IMG/VR virus record: IMGVR_UViG_3300007072_000340
Location: 30,216-94,215 of that record
From: a virus
Lineage: Duplodnaviria; Heunggongvirae; Uroviricota; Caudoviricetes
DNA length: 64,000 nt
Reading direction: 5' to 3' (one strand)
Below, piece by piece: positions 48,234-55,341 of the stretch. Position numbers and translations under genes: made by a program. The number at the start of each line of letters is the position of its first letter. The stretch's first letter is position 1. A model generated the notes under the pieces. The model had not been told where the DNA came from, ran no database searches, and saw nothing but the letters and a program-made list of their open reading frames with translations.

Positions 48234-48782
48234 TCATTCAGCGGATTCGTCTTCGGAATTGTCAGCCTTGGAGATCGTCGCCACGATGTCGGCGATGATC
48301 GCATCGACGGTCTGCTCGTAGTTCGGGATGCCTTCCAACCGATCCACGATGACCTGACAGATTTGCTGGCCGACCCGAAGCACGGCGTTCCGCGCAAGCA
48401 ACGTGCCCAGACTCTTTTCGATGGCGTGTGCTGATTTCACCAGACGCTCAACGGTCAACAAGAGCGTGTTGAGCGGAGCGCAGGCTTGCATGAGATCGGC
48501 GTCGTTCTGGATCAAGTTGAAACGCCGCTCGATCAGCATACGAGCCAGCGCTATCTCGTCCCGGAGCGACTTGACTTCCTCGTGTTCGGCAAGGTCGGCC
48601 AGCCGAACCCGATCCTGAGCCTTCGCTAGAAGGTACTGCCGCAACCGCCGGGCGGGCGCTCGATTCACCCCGCCGCAGGCCAGGCAGTAGTCCGAGCCGT
48701 CTTCCGCACGATTCCGGCATTGCCCGTCAGGCTGGGCACCCTTACAGCGGAGCGGATCGGCCAGGTCGGTGACACGTTGCAT
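48234..48782 (-). CDS. Zn-ribbon hypothetical protein
   Basis: Start at MQRVTDLADPL (ATG 48782) so the conserved intergenic motif stays non-coding; CKGAQPDGQCRNRAEDGSDYCLACGG. Confidence 0.45.
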   Translation of the reverse strand: MQRVTDLADPLRCKGAQPDGQCRNRAEDGSDYCLACGGVNRAPARRLRQYLLAKAQDRVRLADLAEHEEVKSLRDEIALARMLIERRFNLIQNDADLMQACAPLNTLLLTVERLVKSAHAIEKSLGTLLARNAVLRVGQQICQVIVDRLEGIPNYEQTVDAIIADIVATISKADNSEDESAE

Positions 48783-48800
48783 TGCGCACCATCTCCTCAC

Positions 48801-48850
48801 CCTATAAAAGACTGCCAAAACGCCGTTTTTTTCAGAGATTCTGGAAGTTT
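48801..48850. promoter_or_regulatory. Second copy of the conserved ~50-bp intergenic motif
   Basis: cctataaaagactgccaaaacgccgtttttttcagagattctggaagttt, near-identical to 8175-8223; sits between divergent genes. Confidence 0.5.
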
Positions 48851-48906
48851 CAACGCCGCCGCCACTCGGGATGCGCCCTTCTTCGGCGTTGTCCAGATAG
48901 AGGATC

Positions 48907-49134
48907 ATGCGGCGATTCATCGTCTACTACCGACACGGCCGAAACCGCTGGCGACAGTTGCAGCCCGGCGTCCACGATGATCTCTGCGCCCGCCCCGAGG
49001 TGCAGCAGGCAATCCGCTACCTGCGGGGCAACCCCTCCACCGAGGGGATCGCCGTGCGGCTGGGCGACGACCTGTTCAACCTGATGGCCGCCGTCCCAGC
49101 CGACTGCTACGAATTCACCTTCCCCGAGGGCTAA
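48907..49134 (+). CDS. Small hypothetical protein
   Basis: 75-aa ORF about 60 bp downstream of the conserved motif, plus strand. Confidence 0.35.
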   Translation: MRRFIVYYRHGRNRWRQLQPGVHDDLCARPEVQQAIRYLRGNPSTEGIAVRLGDDLFNLMAAVPADCYEFTFPEG

Positions 49135-49135
49135 G

Positions 49136-49501
49136 ATGCAGCGCCACTTCCACCGCAACCGGCCACCCGCCGAGCCCCCGGCCGCCGGCTCCAAGCCGAG
49201 ACTAGAAATGGTGCGGCTTCCGATCTTCCGGGTCCACTACCGCCGGCTGGAAGAGTATCTCGCGGCGGTTTACCGGATGGAGGGCTTCGACTTCCTGCTG
49301 GCCTCTGGGGCGGTCCCTGGGCTGGTGCCGGAGTACGCCGTCAGCCCGACCCTACCGCTTTCCGAAGACGCCCGGCGGCGGGCCGACGCCATCCGCGCGG
49401 GCCGGCGCACCCGCGACGTGGCCCTGATCCTCAACGTGCTTTGCCTTGACGGCTACATCCCGGCCGGCAAGTACATCATCGACACCCGGCCCGAGCCGTG
49501 A
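49136..49501 (+). CDS. Small hypothetical protein
   Basis: Tightly coupled to the previous ORF; start possibly internal at MVRLPIFRV. Confidence 0.3.
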   Translation: MQRHFHRNRPPAEPPAAGSKPRLEMVRLPIFRVHYRRLEEYLAAVYRMEGFDFLLASGAVPGLVPEYAVSPTLPLSEDARRRADAIRAGRRTRDVALILNVLCLDGYIPAGKYIIDTRPEP

Positions 49502-49609
49502 AATCACGAAATGAGCGCGGCATGGCTTTCTGAACCAAGCTCTGTGCGTCTAACCAAAAAGGAAGGCCCGAAGGCCAAGATGATACCCGGCCTTCGGGCC
49601 TCAGTTTCG

Positions 49610-50722
49610 TCAGAGCAGGTTCACGACCCGCTCGGCCAGGCCCTTTTCGCCCAGCACGACGTTCAGCTTGCCGCTGGTGGCCACCTTCTCCAGGACTTCC
49701 AGTTCCCGGAGCCGCATGAGCGTCGGGTTGCCTTCCAGCACCTTGGCGGTGTTGGCCTGGCTGCGCATGGCCGCCGTCTCCTCACGGCGGACGATCAGGT
49801 TGGCCTCGGCCGCCTTCTTGGCCTCCGTGACCTTGTTCATCAGGTCCTTCATGTCACCCGGCAGGATCACGTCCCGGATTCCCACCGAGATCACCTCCAG
49901 ACCCAGCGCAGCCACCCGCTGCCGAACGATGGCCTCCAACTCCTTGGCCACGGCATCCTTGTCGGCGAGGAACTGGTCGAGTTCGCGAGCGCCAACCACG
50001 GCCCGCAGCGCCAACTGCGCCTCGCGGTAGAGCGCCTGACGGGCGTCGTCGGCCGCGCTCAGGGCCTTGTGGGCGTCGGCCACGCGGTAGGCGGCCACCG
50101 CGTTAAGCCGCAGCGTCACCTTGTCGGCGGTCATAATCTCCTGGCCGCCGATGTCCAGCATGGTCTCGCGCAGGTCCACCGGCACGAGCATGACCTTGGC
50201 CATGTTCTTCCAGAAGGCGTACTTGCCCGGCGGCAGGGTCTCGACGTAGCGGCCGTCCTCGAACAGCACGCCCACGTGGCCCTGCTCCACGGCAAAGGCG
50301 TCCAGGAGCCGGTCGGCCAACGCCGAGCGGACAATCACCTGAAGGTCCTTGTGCTCGAAGCGGACCTTGCGGGCGTCGATCACTTCCGTGGTGACCTCCC
50401 GGAAGGTGGTCCAGTAGGCGTACAGGCCCGGCGGCAGGATGTGGCTGAAACGGCCATCCACCCACACCAGCGCCCGCTCGTAGTCCTTCAGGTCCAGCAC
50501 GACTGCGCGGTCCTTCAGCGCACCCGACTTGACGATCACGTCGAGATTCTCGTGGGCGAGCCACGGCGCGCGCTGCGAGACGACCTCCACCTTGACCTTG
50601 CCCAGCGGGTCGAAGAACCAGTGGCGACCAGCGCCGAGCAAGCCCTTGAACTCGCCGTCGTGGAAGTACAGACCCATTTCGTAGCTGCGAATCCTGATGA
50701 TCTTCAGCGCAAGCACAGTCAT
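49610..50722 (-). CDS. SPFH/Band-7 domain protein
   Basis: Stomatin-like core plus C-terminal ELEVLEKVATSGKLNVVLG typical of band-7 proteins. Confidence 0.6.
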   Translation of the reverse strand: MTVLALKIIRIRSYEMGLYFHDGEFKGLLGAGRHWFFDPLGKVKVEVVSQRAPWLAHENLDVIVKSGALKDRAVVLDLKDYERALVWVDGRFSHILPPGLYAYWTTFREVTTEVIDARKVRFEHKDLQVIVRSALADRLLDAFAVEQGHVGVLFEDGRYVETLPPGKYAFWKNMAKVMLVPVDLRETMLDIGGQEIMTADKVTLRLNAVAAYRVADAHKALSAADDARQALYREAQLALRAVVGARELDQFLADKDAVAKELEAIVRQRVAALGLEVISVGIRDVILPGDMKDLMNKVTEAKKAAEANLIVRREETAAMRSQANTAKVLEGNPTLMRLRELEVLEKVATSGKLNVVLGEKGLAERVVNLL

Positions 50723-51157
50723 CCTTCACCTTCCTTCCTACCGCTTGTTGCGGCAGTCTCCGTCTCATTTCCGGTCATGTCAGGCAAAGCCGTTGGGCGG
50801 CGGAACCAGTGGCGATCACACGGAGGAATGCGGAATGTCGCTTGAGCATCGACGTAGCCTTGGGCGGCACGGCAGCTTCCATCGGGCTAGTCGTCGCCGG
50901 GGGCAAGCCCCGGCGGAAGTCACCCGACATCCGCTGCCACTTGCCGAAGGTCCGACGAAGCGGTATCCACGCACTGCATGGCACTCGGCCGTGCTGCCAC
51001 CCGCGATGGCGTGCCGAGCTTGCGCCGATTCCTCCGGGAGTCGCCCGATGGGCGGACTGCCCGGATTCCTCAACGCCGCCGGTCGTTCATTCGCCGGTGG
51101 CCGATCACACATTGGCCCGCCTCCCTCGGGCCGCTTGGAGCAGGGTTTCAGCCTGCG

Positions 51158-51230
51158 GTCTTGGTACGGGAGTCGAACCCGCGACAGCCAGATTCACGGT
51201 CTGGTGCTCTATCCGCTGAGCTAACCTGGT
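51158..51230 (-). tRNA. tRNA-like (anticodon GUG, His-like), probable pseudogene
   Basis: T-arm GCGGG/TTCGACT/CCCGT and D-arm present, anticodon loop CCGTGAA (C33); acceptor stem pairs poorly. Confidence 0.3.
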
Positions 51231-51339
51231 TGACACGACCTTCGGTCAGAACCCATTGACGGAACAAACGCCGCCAACCGCCTCATGTGAGGACGGGGCA
51301 ACGTGCGCCGTTGGCCTGGCCGTATCATTGCTTATGAAG

Positions 51340-51410
51340 AGACGCCGGTGGGAATCGAACCCACTTGAACCGGGTTGCGGCCGGTCGCCTTGCCATCTGG
51401 CTCCAGCGTC
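51340..51410 (-). tRNA. tRNA-Cys(GCA)
   Basis: Acceptor GACGCUG/CGGCGUC, T-loop TTCGATT, anticodon loop CCGCAAC (C33). Confidence 0.65.
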
Positions 51411-51413
51411 AAG

Positions 51414-51486
51414 CGTCCTCGCCAGGAGTCGAGCCTGGTCTTCGACCTTCGCAAGGTCGCGTGCGAATCCCCCACACTCCGAGGAC
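51414..51486 (-). tRNA. tRNA-Arg(GCG)
   Basis: Perfect 7-bp acceptor GTCCTCG/CGAGGAC; anticodon loop TTGCGAA; T-loop CTCGACT (C54). Confidence 0.55.
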
Positions 51487-51499
51487 CTTCGTTACTCAG

Positions 51500-51571
51500 C
51501 GCCCCGCCGAGGAATTGAACCCCGTCTTGCAGTTCCGAAGACTGCCGTGCTGTCCGGCACACTCGCAGGGC
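51500..51571 (-). tRNA. tRNA-Arg(UCG)
   Basis: Anticodon arm ACTGC/TTCGGAA/GCAGT... read as codon CGA on + strand; T-loop TTCAATT; acceptor with one G-U. Confidence 0.55.
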
Positions 51572-51583
51572 TTTTGCGTCGAG

Positions 51584-51676
51584 TATCCCGACCAGGAATC
51601 GAACCCGGGCACCGCCGCGCAGCGGTGGTCGCTGGAGCTTCGGAGGCTCCGATGCGATCCGCTACACCATCGGGAC
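51584..51676 (-). tRNA. tRNA-Arg(CCG)-like with 18-nt palindromic hairpin (caccgc cgcgca gcggtg) in the variable region
   Basis: T-arm CCGGG/TTCGATT/CCTGG, anticodon arm GGAGC-TTCGGAG-GCTCC on + strand (codon CGG); 93 nt total. Confidence 0.4.
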
Positions 51677-51762
51677 ATGAACCAAGGAGCCGACGACTGG
51701 ACTTGCACCAGCATCAAGCGGTTTACAGGACCGCTGCCTTTCTGTTCGGCCATGTCGGCAAG

Positions 51763-51832
51763 CACGAGCGCGAGGAGTCGAACCCCGTGCGGCAGGGTTG
51801 GAGTCTGCCTGCTCTCCCAAGAGCACGCTCGT
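51763..51832 (-). tRNA. tRNA-Trp(CCA)
   Basis: + strand anticodon loop gttggag (codon TGG, U33); acceptor ACGAGCG/CGCTCGT; T-arm CGGGG/TTCGACT/CCTCG. Confidence 0.5.
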
Positions 51833-51876
51833 GTATTGCCCCCGGCCACGAGGACCGGGGGCTTCTGGCGTAACGA

Positions 51877-52473
51877 CTACTTCTGCAACTCCACGTTCCA
51901 GTAGGCTTCGCTGATGAACTTGGACCAGCTTGCGATCCGCATGGTGTGGTCCGCGTACAGCGGCTTCCACGTGGGCCGGACGGGCTGCTTGCGCACGCGC
52001 ATCCGGGCCTGCTCCGGCGTCCGGTCAGCCTTCCGCTTGTTGCAGGCCATGCAAGCCAGCACGCAGTTTTCCCAACACGACACGCCACCTTGTGACCGCG
52101 GCAGCACGTGGTCGATCGTCAACTCCTCACTGCCCGGCTGCGCGCCGCAGTATTGGCAGGTGTAATGGTCCCGCTTGAACACGTTGCGACGGCTGAAGGT
52201 CACCGCGCCCAGCGGAAGCCGATCGTAGCCGGTCAATGCCACGACCTCCGGCACCCGCAGCCGGAACCGAACTGCCTGGACGAACGCCTCGCCATCCTTC
52301 GGCTTCAGCTTCGACCAGTCCGCCCAGGTGTAAAGCTGGAAGTCTTCGGGGTCCACCACGCGGGCCGACTCGTTCCAGAGCAGCACCAACGCACGCTCCA
52401 CGGTCGCTACGTGGACCGGCTGCCAGTTGCGGTTCAGGACCAGCGTCGGTTGCTCAAGGACCTTGGTGACCAT
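51877..52473 (-). CDS. HNH endonuclease embedded in the tRNA array
   Basis: HNH core CQYCGAQPGSEELTIDHVLPRSQGGVSCWENCVLACMACNKRKADR; flanked by tRNA-Trp (downstream) and tRNA-His (upstream). Confidence 0.8.
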   Translation of the reverse strand: MVTKVLEQPTLVLNRNWQPVHVATVERALVLLWNESARVVDPEDFQLYTWADWSKLKPKDGEAFVQAVRFRLRVPEVVALTGYDRLPLGAVTFSRRNVFKRDHYTCQYCGAQPGSEELTIDHVLPRSQGGVSCWENCVLACMACNKRKADRTPEQARMRVRKQPVRPTWKPLYADHTMRIASWSKFISEAYWNVELQK

Positions 52474-52492
52474 TGTGATCTCCGTCAGTAAG

Positions 52493-52567
52493 GGTGTCCG
52501 GGGAGAGTCGAACTCCCACCCTCTGGTTCACAGCCAGCCGTGCAGTGACCGCTACACCACGGACACC
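52493..52567 (-). tRNA. tRNA-His(GUG)
   Basis: Anticodon loop CTGTGAA, extra 5' G(-1) opposite C73 (His hallmark), acceptor GTGTCCG/CGGACAC. Confidence 0.7.
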
Positions 52568-52585
52568 ATGCGATTGTTGTCAGCA

Positions 52586-52655
52586 CCCCGACCGGGACTC
52601 GAAGTGCGGAACACCTCGGTAGAAACGAGGCATGATGTCCATTTCACCATCGGGG
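52586..52655 (-). tRNA. tRNA-Arg(UCU)-like, irregular T-arm
   Basis: Clean anticodon arm cctcg-gtagaaa-cgagg (codon AGA) and acceptor ccccgac/atcgggg, but T-stem does not pair. Confidence 0.35.
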
Positions 52656-52659
52656 CAAG

Positions 52660-52749
52660 CGGAAGGCATGGGATTTGAACCCACATGACACCTTTCGGCG
52701 TCGCACGGTTTAGCAAACCGGCCCGGCCAACCGTATCCGGCTACCTTCC
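52660..52749 (-). tRNA. tRNA-Ser(GCU)
   Basis: Type II, 90 nt; anticodon loop ttagcaa on + strand (codon AGC); long variable hairpin gacacc-tttc-ggcgtc; G73. Confidence 0.65.
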
Positions 52750-52764
52750 GTAATCACGCATCAG

Positions 52765-52835
52765 TGGACCGACCGGGAATTGAACCCGGATCTCCAGAAT
52801 GCCGTTCTGGTGTCTTCCCCTTGGACCATGAGCCC
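52765..52835 (-). tRNA. tRNA-Ala(GGC)
   Basis: G3:U70 pair present, A73; anticodon loop ACGGCAT (C33); T-arm CCGGG/TTCAATT/CCCGG. Confidence 0.7.
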
Positions 52836-52864
52836 GTTGTCGTTGTAGTGGACCCGACCACCGC

Positions 52865-52940
52865 TTCGCGGCGGTGCCCGGAGTCGAACCCATCGCACCG
52901 ATCTTGCACCCGATCAGTCGCCTCCACGGAACATGCCAGC
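52865..52940 (-). tRNA. tRNA-like element, unresolved (degenerate T-arm)
   Basis: gagtcgaaccc T-loop signature at 52882 but no consistent cloverleaf found by hand. Confidence 0.2.
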
Positions 52941-52951
52941 CCACGAATCGA

Positions 52952-53042
52952 AAGGTCTGTCCGGGAATTGAACCGGGCACCATGCGCAGCATGGTCCTTC
53001 CGCCTTACCGAGGAGGTGTGCTACCGAAACACCTACAGACCC
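52952..53042 (-). tRNA. tRNA-like element with palindromic insertion accatgc-gca-gcatggt, unresolved identity
   Basis: aattgaa T-loop signature, D-arm gtg-tgctaccgaaa-cac, acceptor aggtctg/cagaccc; anticodon not assignable. Confidence 0.25.
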
Positions 53043-53047
53043 TCAAG

Positions 53048-53120
53048 TGATCCCCGCTGGCATCGAACCAGCACTTTCCTGGTTGTCACCCAGGCGTCTT
53101 TGCCATTGGACCAGGGGATC
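53048..53120 (-). tRNA. tRNA-Val(GAC)
   Basis: Acceptor GATCCCC/GGGGATC perfect; anticodon loop ttgtcac on + strand (codon GTC); A73. Confidence 0.7.
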
Positions 53121-53127
53121 ATTCCAG

Positions 53128-53201
53128 TGACCGGAGTGGGAGTCGAACCCACAGGCACGAGGCTCTCGACCTCGCCGCTATGCCAGTTTGCGTACCCGGT
53201 C
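53128..53201 (-). tRNA. tRNA with Leu anticodon GAG but short (5-nt) variable loop
   Basis: Anticodon arm cgagg-ctctcga-cctcg (codon CTC, C33), D-arm cgc-tatgccagttt-gcg, A73; 74 nt. Confidence 0.5.
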
Positions 53202-53285
53202 GTGGCGGGTCCGGGGGTCGCACCCGGCGTTCCCGGCTTATGAGGCCGGGCTGAGCACTGGCCCACCCGCAGCATGTTTCCGAGT

Positions 53286-53372
53286 TGCAGGCCCCGGTAT
53301 CGAACCGGGCGCACCGGCCCGACCAACCTTCGGTCGGTGCCCGGAGCCAGTTGGGCACCTGCCGCGCCTGCA
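53286..53372 (-). tRNA. tRNA-like element, unresolved (about 85 nt)
   Basis: Perfect T-arm cccgg-tatcgaa-ccggg and acceptor tgcaggc/gcctgca; internal arms not resolved. Confidence 0.25.
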
Positions 53373-53408
53373 ATTCCTCAATGACCACCCGCGCCTGCAA
53401 TTCCTCAA

Positions 53409-53492
53409 TGACCACGGGGAGAGTCGAACTCCCAATGCCGCAAGGGCACGACGTTCTGACCGTCGCGTGTCTGCCAATTCCACCACATGGTC
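53409..53492 (-). tRNA. tRNA-Leu(CAG)
   Basis: Type II with 15-nt variable arm; anticodon loop ttctgac on + strand (codon CTG); D-arm gtg-tctgccaattc-cac; A73. Confidence 0.7.
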
Positions 53493-53501
53493 ATGCTGCC
53501 T

Positions 53502-53594
53502 GAGTGGCCCGTGCGGGAGTTGAACCCGCCTTTCCGGCTGACCATGCTGCGCATGGTGCCCGGGCCGGCGTCCTGTACCGATAGACGAACGAGC
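53502..53594 (-). tRNA. tRNA-like paralogue of tRNA-Glu(55603) carrying an 18-nt palindromic insertion in the anticodon loop
   Basis: Shares acceptor, T-arm, D-arm (gtc-ctgtaccgata-gac ga acgagcc) with 55603..55675; anticodon stem ccggc/gccgg encloses 25 nt including ccatgc-tgc-gcatgg. Confidence 0.35.
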
Positions 53595-53602
53595 CAGTTG
53601 AG

Positions 53603-53686
53603 TGCGCCGGGCAGGAGTTGAACCTGCATAGCCTTTCGGGCTGGCTGCTTTACAGGCAGTTGGGCACGCCGATGCCCAGCCGACGC
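53603..53686 (-). tRNA. tRNA-Tyr(GUA)
   Basis: Type II; variable hairpin agcc-tttcg-ggct; anticodon loop tttacag (codon TAC); A73. Confidence 0.7.
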
Positions 53687-53700
53687 ATGTTGTTCGTGAG

Positions 53701-53774
53701 TGGCGCAGGTGGGACTCGAACCCGCAATCACCAAGGTTTGAGCTTGGCCGCTTTGCCGATTTGCGTACCGCGCC
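53701..53774 (-). tRNA. tRNA with Leu anticodon CAA but short variable loop
   Basis: Anticodon arm ccaag-gtttgag-cttgg (codon TTG, U33); D-arm cgc-tttgccgattt-gcg; A73; 74 nt. Confidence 0.5.
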
Positions 53775-53788
53775 GCCACTGGTCGAAA

Positions 53789-53864
53789 GCGCCCTCGACG
53801 GGATTTGAACCCGCGATCTCCTGCGTGACAGGCAGGCGAGCACTCCAGGCTGCTCCACGAGGAC
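53789..53864 (-). tRNA. tRNA-Asp(GUC)
   Basis: Anticodon arm cctgc-gtgacag-gcagg (codon GAC); T-loop TTCAAAT; G73. Confidence 0.7.
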
Positions 53865-53876
53865 AAACATTTCCAG

Positions 53877-53951
53877 TGGCCCAGGCGGGACTCGAACCCA
53901 CAGCATCCCTGGTTCTAAGCCAAGGTGGTCTGCCAGATTGCCTACGGGGCC
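53877..53951 (-). tRNA. tRNA with Leu anticodon UAG but short variable loop
   Basis: Anticodon arm cctgg-ttctaag-ccaag (codon CTA); D-loop tctgccagatt like 53128 and 53701; A73. Confidence 0.45.
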
Positions 53952-53952
53952 G

Positions 53953-54046
53953 TGCCCAGGGCCGGAGTCGAACCCGAAACCGCCTGCCACCACCGCTACG
54001 CGGCGGTGCCCGAGCCAAGCCGCTCTGCCAATTGGCGTACCTGGGC
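53953..54046 (-). tRNA. tRNA-like element with hairpin caccgc-tacgcg-gcggtg, unresolved
   Basis: D-arm cgc-tctgccaattg-gcg and acceptor gcccagg/cctgggc match the 53128/53701/53877 family; T-stem and anticodon arm irregular. Confidence 0.25.
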
Positions 54047-54053
54047 GATCAAG

Positions 54054-54125
54054 TAGCCCCGGATGGAGTCGAACCATCGTTTCCTGGGTGTGGACCAAGC
54101 GTCGTTGCCGTTGGACCACGGGGCT
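54054..54125 (-). tRNA. tRNA-Val(CAC)
   Basis: Anticodon arm cctgg-gtgtgga-ccaag (codon GTG, C33); D-arm gtc-gttgccgttg-gac as in Val(GAC); A73. Confidence 0.65.
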
Positions 54126-54137
54126 GAGTCGCCAAAG

Positions 54138-54208
54138 TGGAGTCACCGAGAGTCGCACTCGGATTTCCATCTTGCGGAGGTGGCGTCGTCCTGTTGGACC
54201 ATGACCCC
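54138..54208 (-). tRNA. tRNA-Ala(CGC)
   Basis: G3:U70, A73; anticodon loop ttgcgga (codon GCG, C33); T-loop TGCGACT non-canonical. Confidence 0.55.
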
Positions 54209-54214
54209 AAAAGG

Positions 54215-54300
54215 CGGAAGCCGTGGGACTCGAACCCACAAGCGGCTGCTGGCCGCCACCTGTTTTCAAGACAGGCCCCTCATCCGGCCGGATGACTTCC
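54215..54300 (-). tRNA. tRNA-Ser(UGA)
   Basis: Type II; variable hairpin gcggc-tgctg-gccgc; anticodon arm cctgt-tttcaag-acagg (codon TCA); G73. Confidence 0.7.
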
Positions 54301-54309
54301 GTATTGAAG

Positions 54310-54380
54310 CTGCGGAGGCTGGAATCGAACCAACATGAAGACGTTCAGAGCGTCTCATCCTACCGTTAGATGACTCCGCA
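54310..54380 (-). tRNA. tRNA-Gln(CUG)
   Basis: Anticodon arm agacg-ttcagag-cgtct (codon CAG); perfect acceptor tgcggag/ctccgca; G73. Confidence 0.7.
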
Positions 54381-54418
54381 TTGCGTTGCTCATCGAGACA
54401 CCGCCATGTCGTCGCAAG

Positions 54419-54489
54419 TTCGGGGAGGAGGGGTCAAACCTCCGTCTCCTGGTTCAAAGCCAGACGGCCTACCACTAGCCGATCCCCGA
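54419..54489 (-). tRNA. tRNA-Gln(UUG)
   Basis: Anticodon arm cctgg-ttcaaag-ccaga (codon CAA); T-loop TTTGACC atypical. Confidence 0.55.
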
Positions 54490-54490
54490 G

Positions 54491-54562
54491 AGTGCCCTGC
54501 GGGAATCGAACCCGCCTAGCCAGCTTGGAAGGCTGGAGCCTTTGCCGATCGGCCAAGGGCAC
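54491..54562 (-). tRNA. tRNA-Gly(UCC)
   Basis: Fully canonical cloverleaf checked base by base; anticodon loop CTTCCAA; U73. Confidence 0.8.
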
Positions 54563-54567
54563 GAAGG

Positions 54568-54651
54568 CGGAAGGTGAGGGAGTCGAACCCCCAAGGCTCG
54601 TCGCTCGGCCGCTTTCGGGGTGGCTGCCATCGCCAGTTGGCTTGACCTTCC
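54568..54651 (-). tRNA. tRNA-Ser(CGA)
   Basis: Type II; anticodon arm gccgc-tttcggg-gtggc (codon TCG, C33); G73; perfect acceptor ggaaggt/accttcc. Confidence 0.55.
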
Positions 54652-54666
54652 GTTCTCTCCAAAAGG

Positions 54667-54754
54667 CTCCGGCGGCTGGACTCGAACCAGCGGTGGGGCA
54701 AACGCCACGTCGCCTTAACAGGCCGATCCCTGCTACCAACTCGGGTACACCGGA
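54667..54754 (-). tRNA. tRNA with Asn anticodon GUU carrying a 16-nt hairpin in the variable region
   Basis: Anticodon arm tcgcc-ttaacag-gccga (codon AAC); D-arm ccc-tgctaccaactc-ggg; 88 nt. Confidence 0.4.
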
Positions 54755-54762
54755 TCACAAAG

Positions 54763-54836
54763 TCAGGACGGCGGGATTTGAACCCGCGCTCTCGTGCTCC
54801 CGAAGCACGCGGAATACCGGGCTTTCCTACGTCCTG
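54763..54836 (-). tRNA. tRNA-Pro(CGG)
   Basis: Anticodon arm cgtgc-tcccgaa-gcacg (codon CCG); D-arm ggaa-taccgggct-ttcc; A73. Confidence 0.7.
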
Positions 54837-54846
54837 TTAATCAAGA

Positions 54847-54916
54847 GCGCCCAGCGGGAGTTGAACCCGCGCTTCCGCCTCGGCAAGGCGGCAGGCTGCC
54901 GCTACATCATGGGCGC
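54847..54916 (-). tRNA. tRNA-Gly(GCC)
   Basis: Anticodon arm ccgcc-tcggcaa-ggcgg (codon GGC); perfect acceptor; U73. Confidence 0.7.
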
Positions 54917-54949
54917 GATCTCATGTGGGCCGGATTGTCAAAGATCAAG

Positions 54950-55021
54950 AGCACCGGGCGGGACTCGAACCCGCGTCGCCGCATTACGGGTGCGGTGTCC
55001 TTGCCGCTGGACGACCAGTGC
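54950..55021 (-). tRNA. tRNA-Thr(CGU)
   Basis: Anticodon arm ccgca-ttacggg-tgcgg (codon ACG, C33). Confidence 0.6.
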
Positions 55022-55032
55022 GTTTCTCGCAG

Positions 55033-55105
55033 TGGGACCAGAGGAACTTGAACCCTCACCTGGCGGATTAAGAGTCCGCTGTGCTGCCGCTAGCACCTTG
55101 ATCCC
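55033..55105 (-). tRNA. tRNA-Lys(CUU)
   Basis: Anticodon arm gcgga-ttaagag-tccgc (codon AAG); T-loop TTCAAGT; A73. Confidence 0.7.
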
Positions 55106-55121
55106 GTCTTTTGTCCACCAG

Positions 55122-55194
55122 TCGGCGCGGAGGGAGTCGAACCCTCGACCTGACCCTTATAAGAGGTCTGCTCTCACCGCTGAGCTACACGCCA
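55122..55194 (-). tRNA. tRNA-Ile(UAU)
   Basis: Anticodon loop CTTATAA (codon ATA on + strand); D-arm gctc-tcaccgct-gagc; A73. Confidence 0.6.
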
Positions 55195-55199
55195 GCGAG

Positions 55200-55271
55200 T
55201 AGGGCCGGAGGGGATCGAACCCACATCTGCCGGATTAAAAGTCCGGTGTGCTGCCATTACACCACGACCCT
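55200..55271 (-). tRNA. tRNA-Lys(UUU)
   Basis: Anticodon arm ccgga-ttaaaag-tccgg (codon AAA); A73. Confidence 0.7.
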
Positions 55272-55341
55272 GTACTTGGTCGGGCGTATGCGTTTCAACC
55301 GGGTCAACATCGTTTCACTCCTCGTGTTTGTTCGCGCCAAG

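Noticed and set aside
55272-55340. Possible extra tRNA between Lys(UUU) and Ile(GAU)
   Set aside because: gtttcaacc resembles a T-loop but no acceptor or anticodon arms could be paired.
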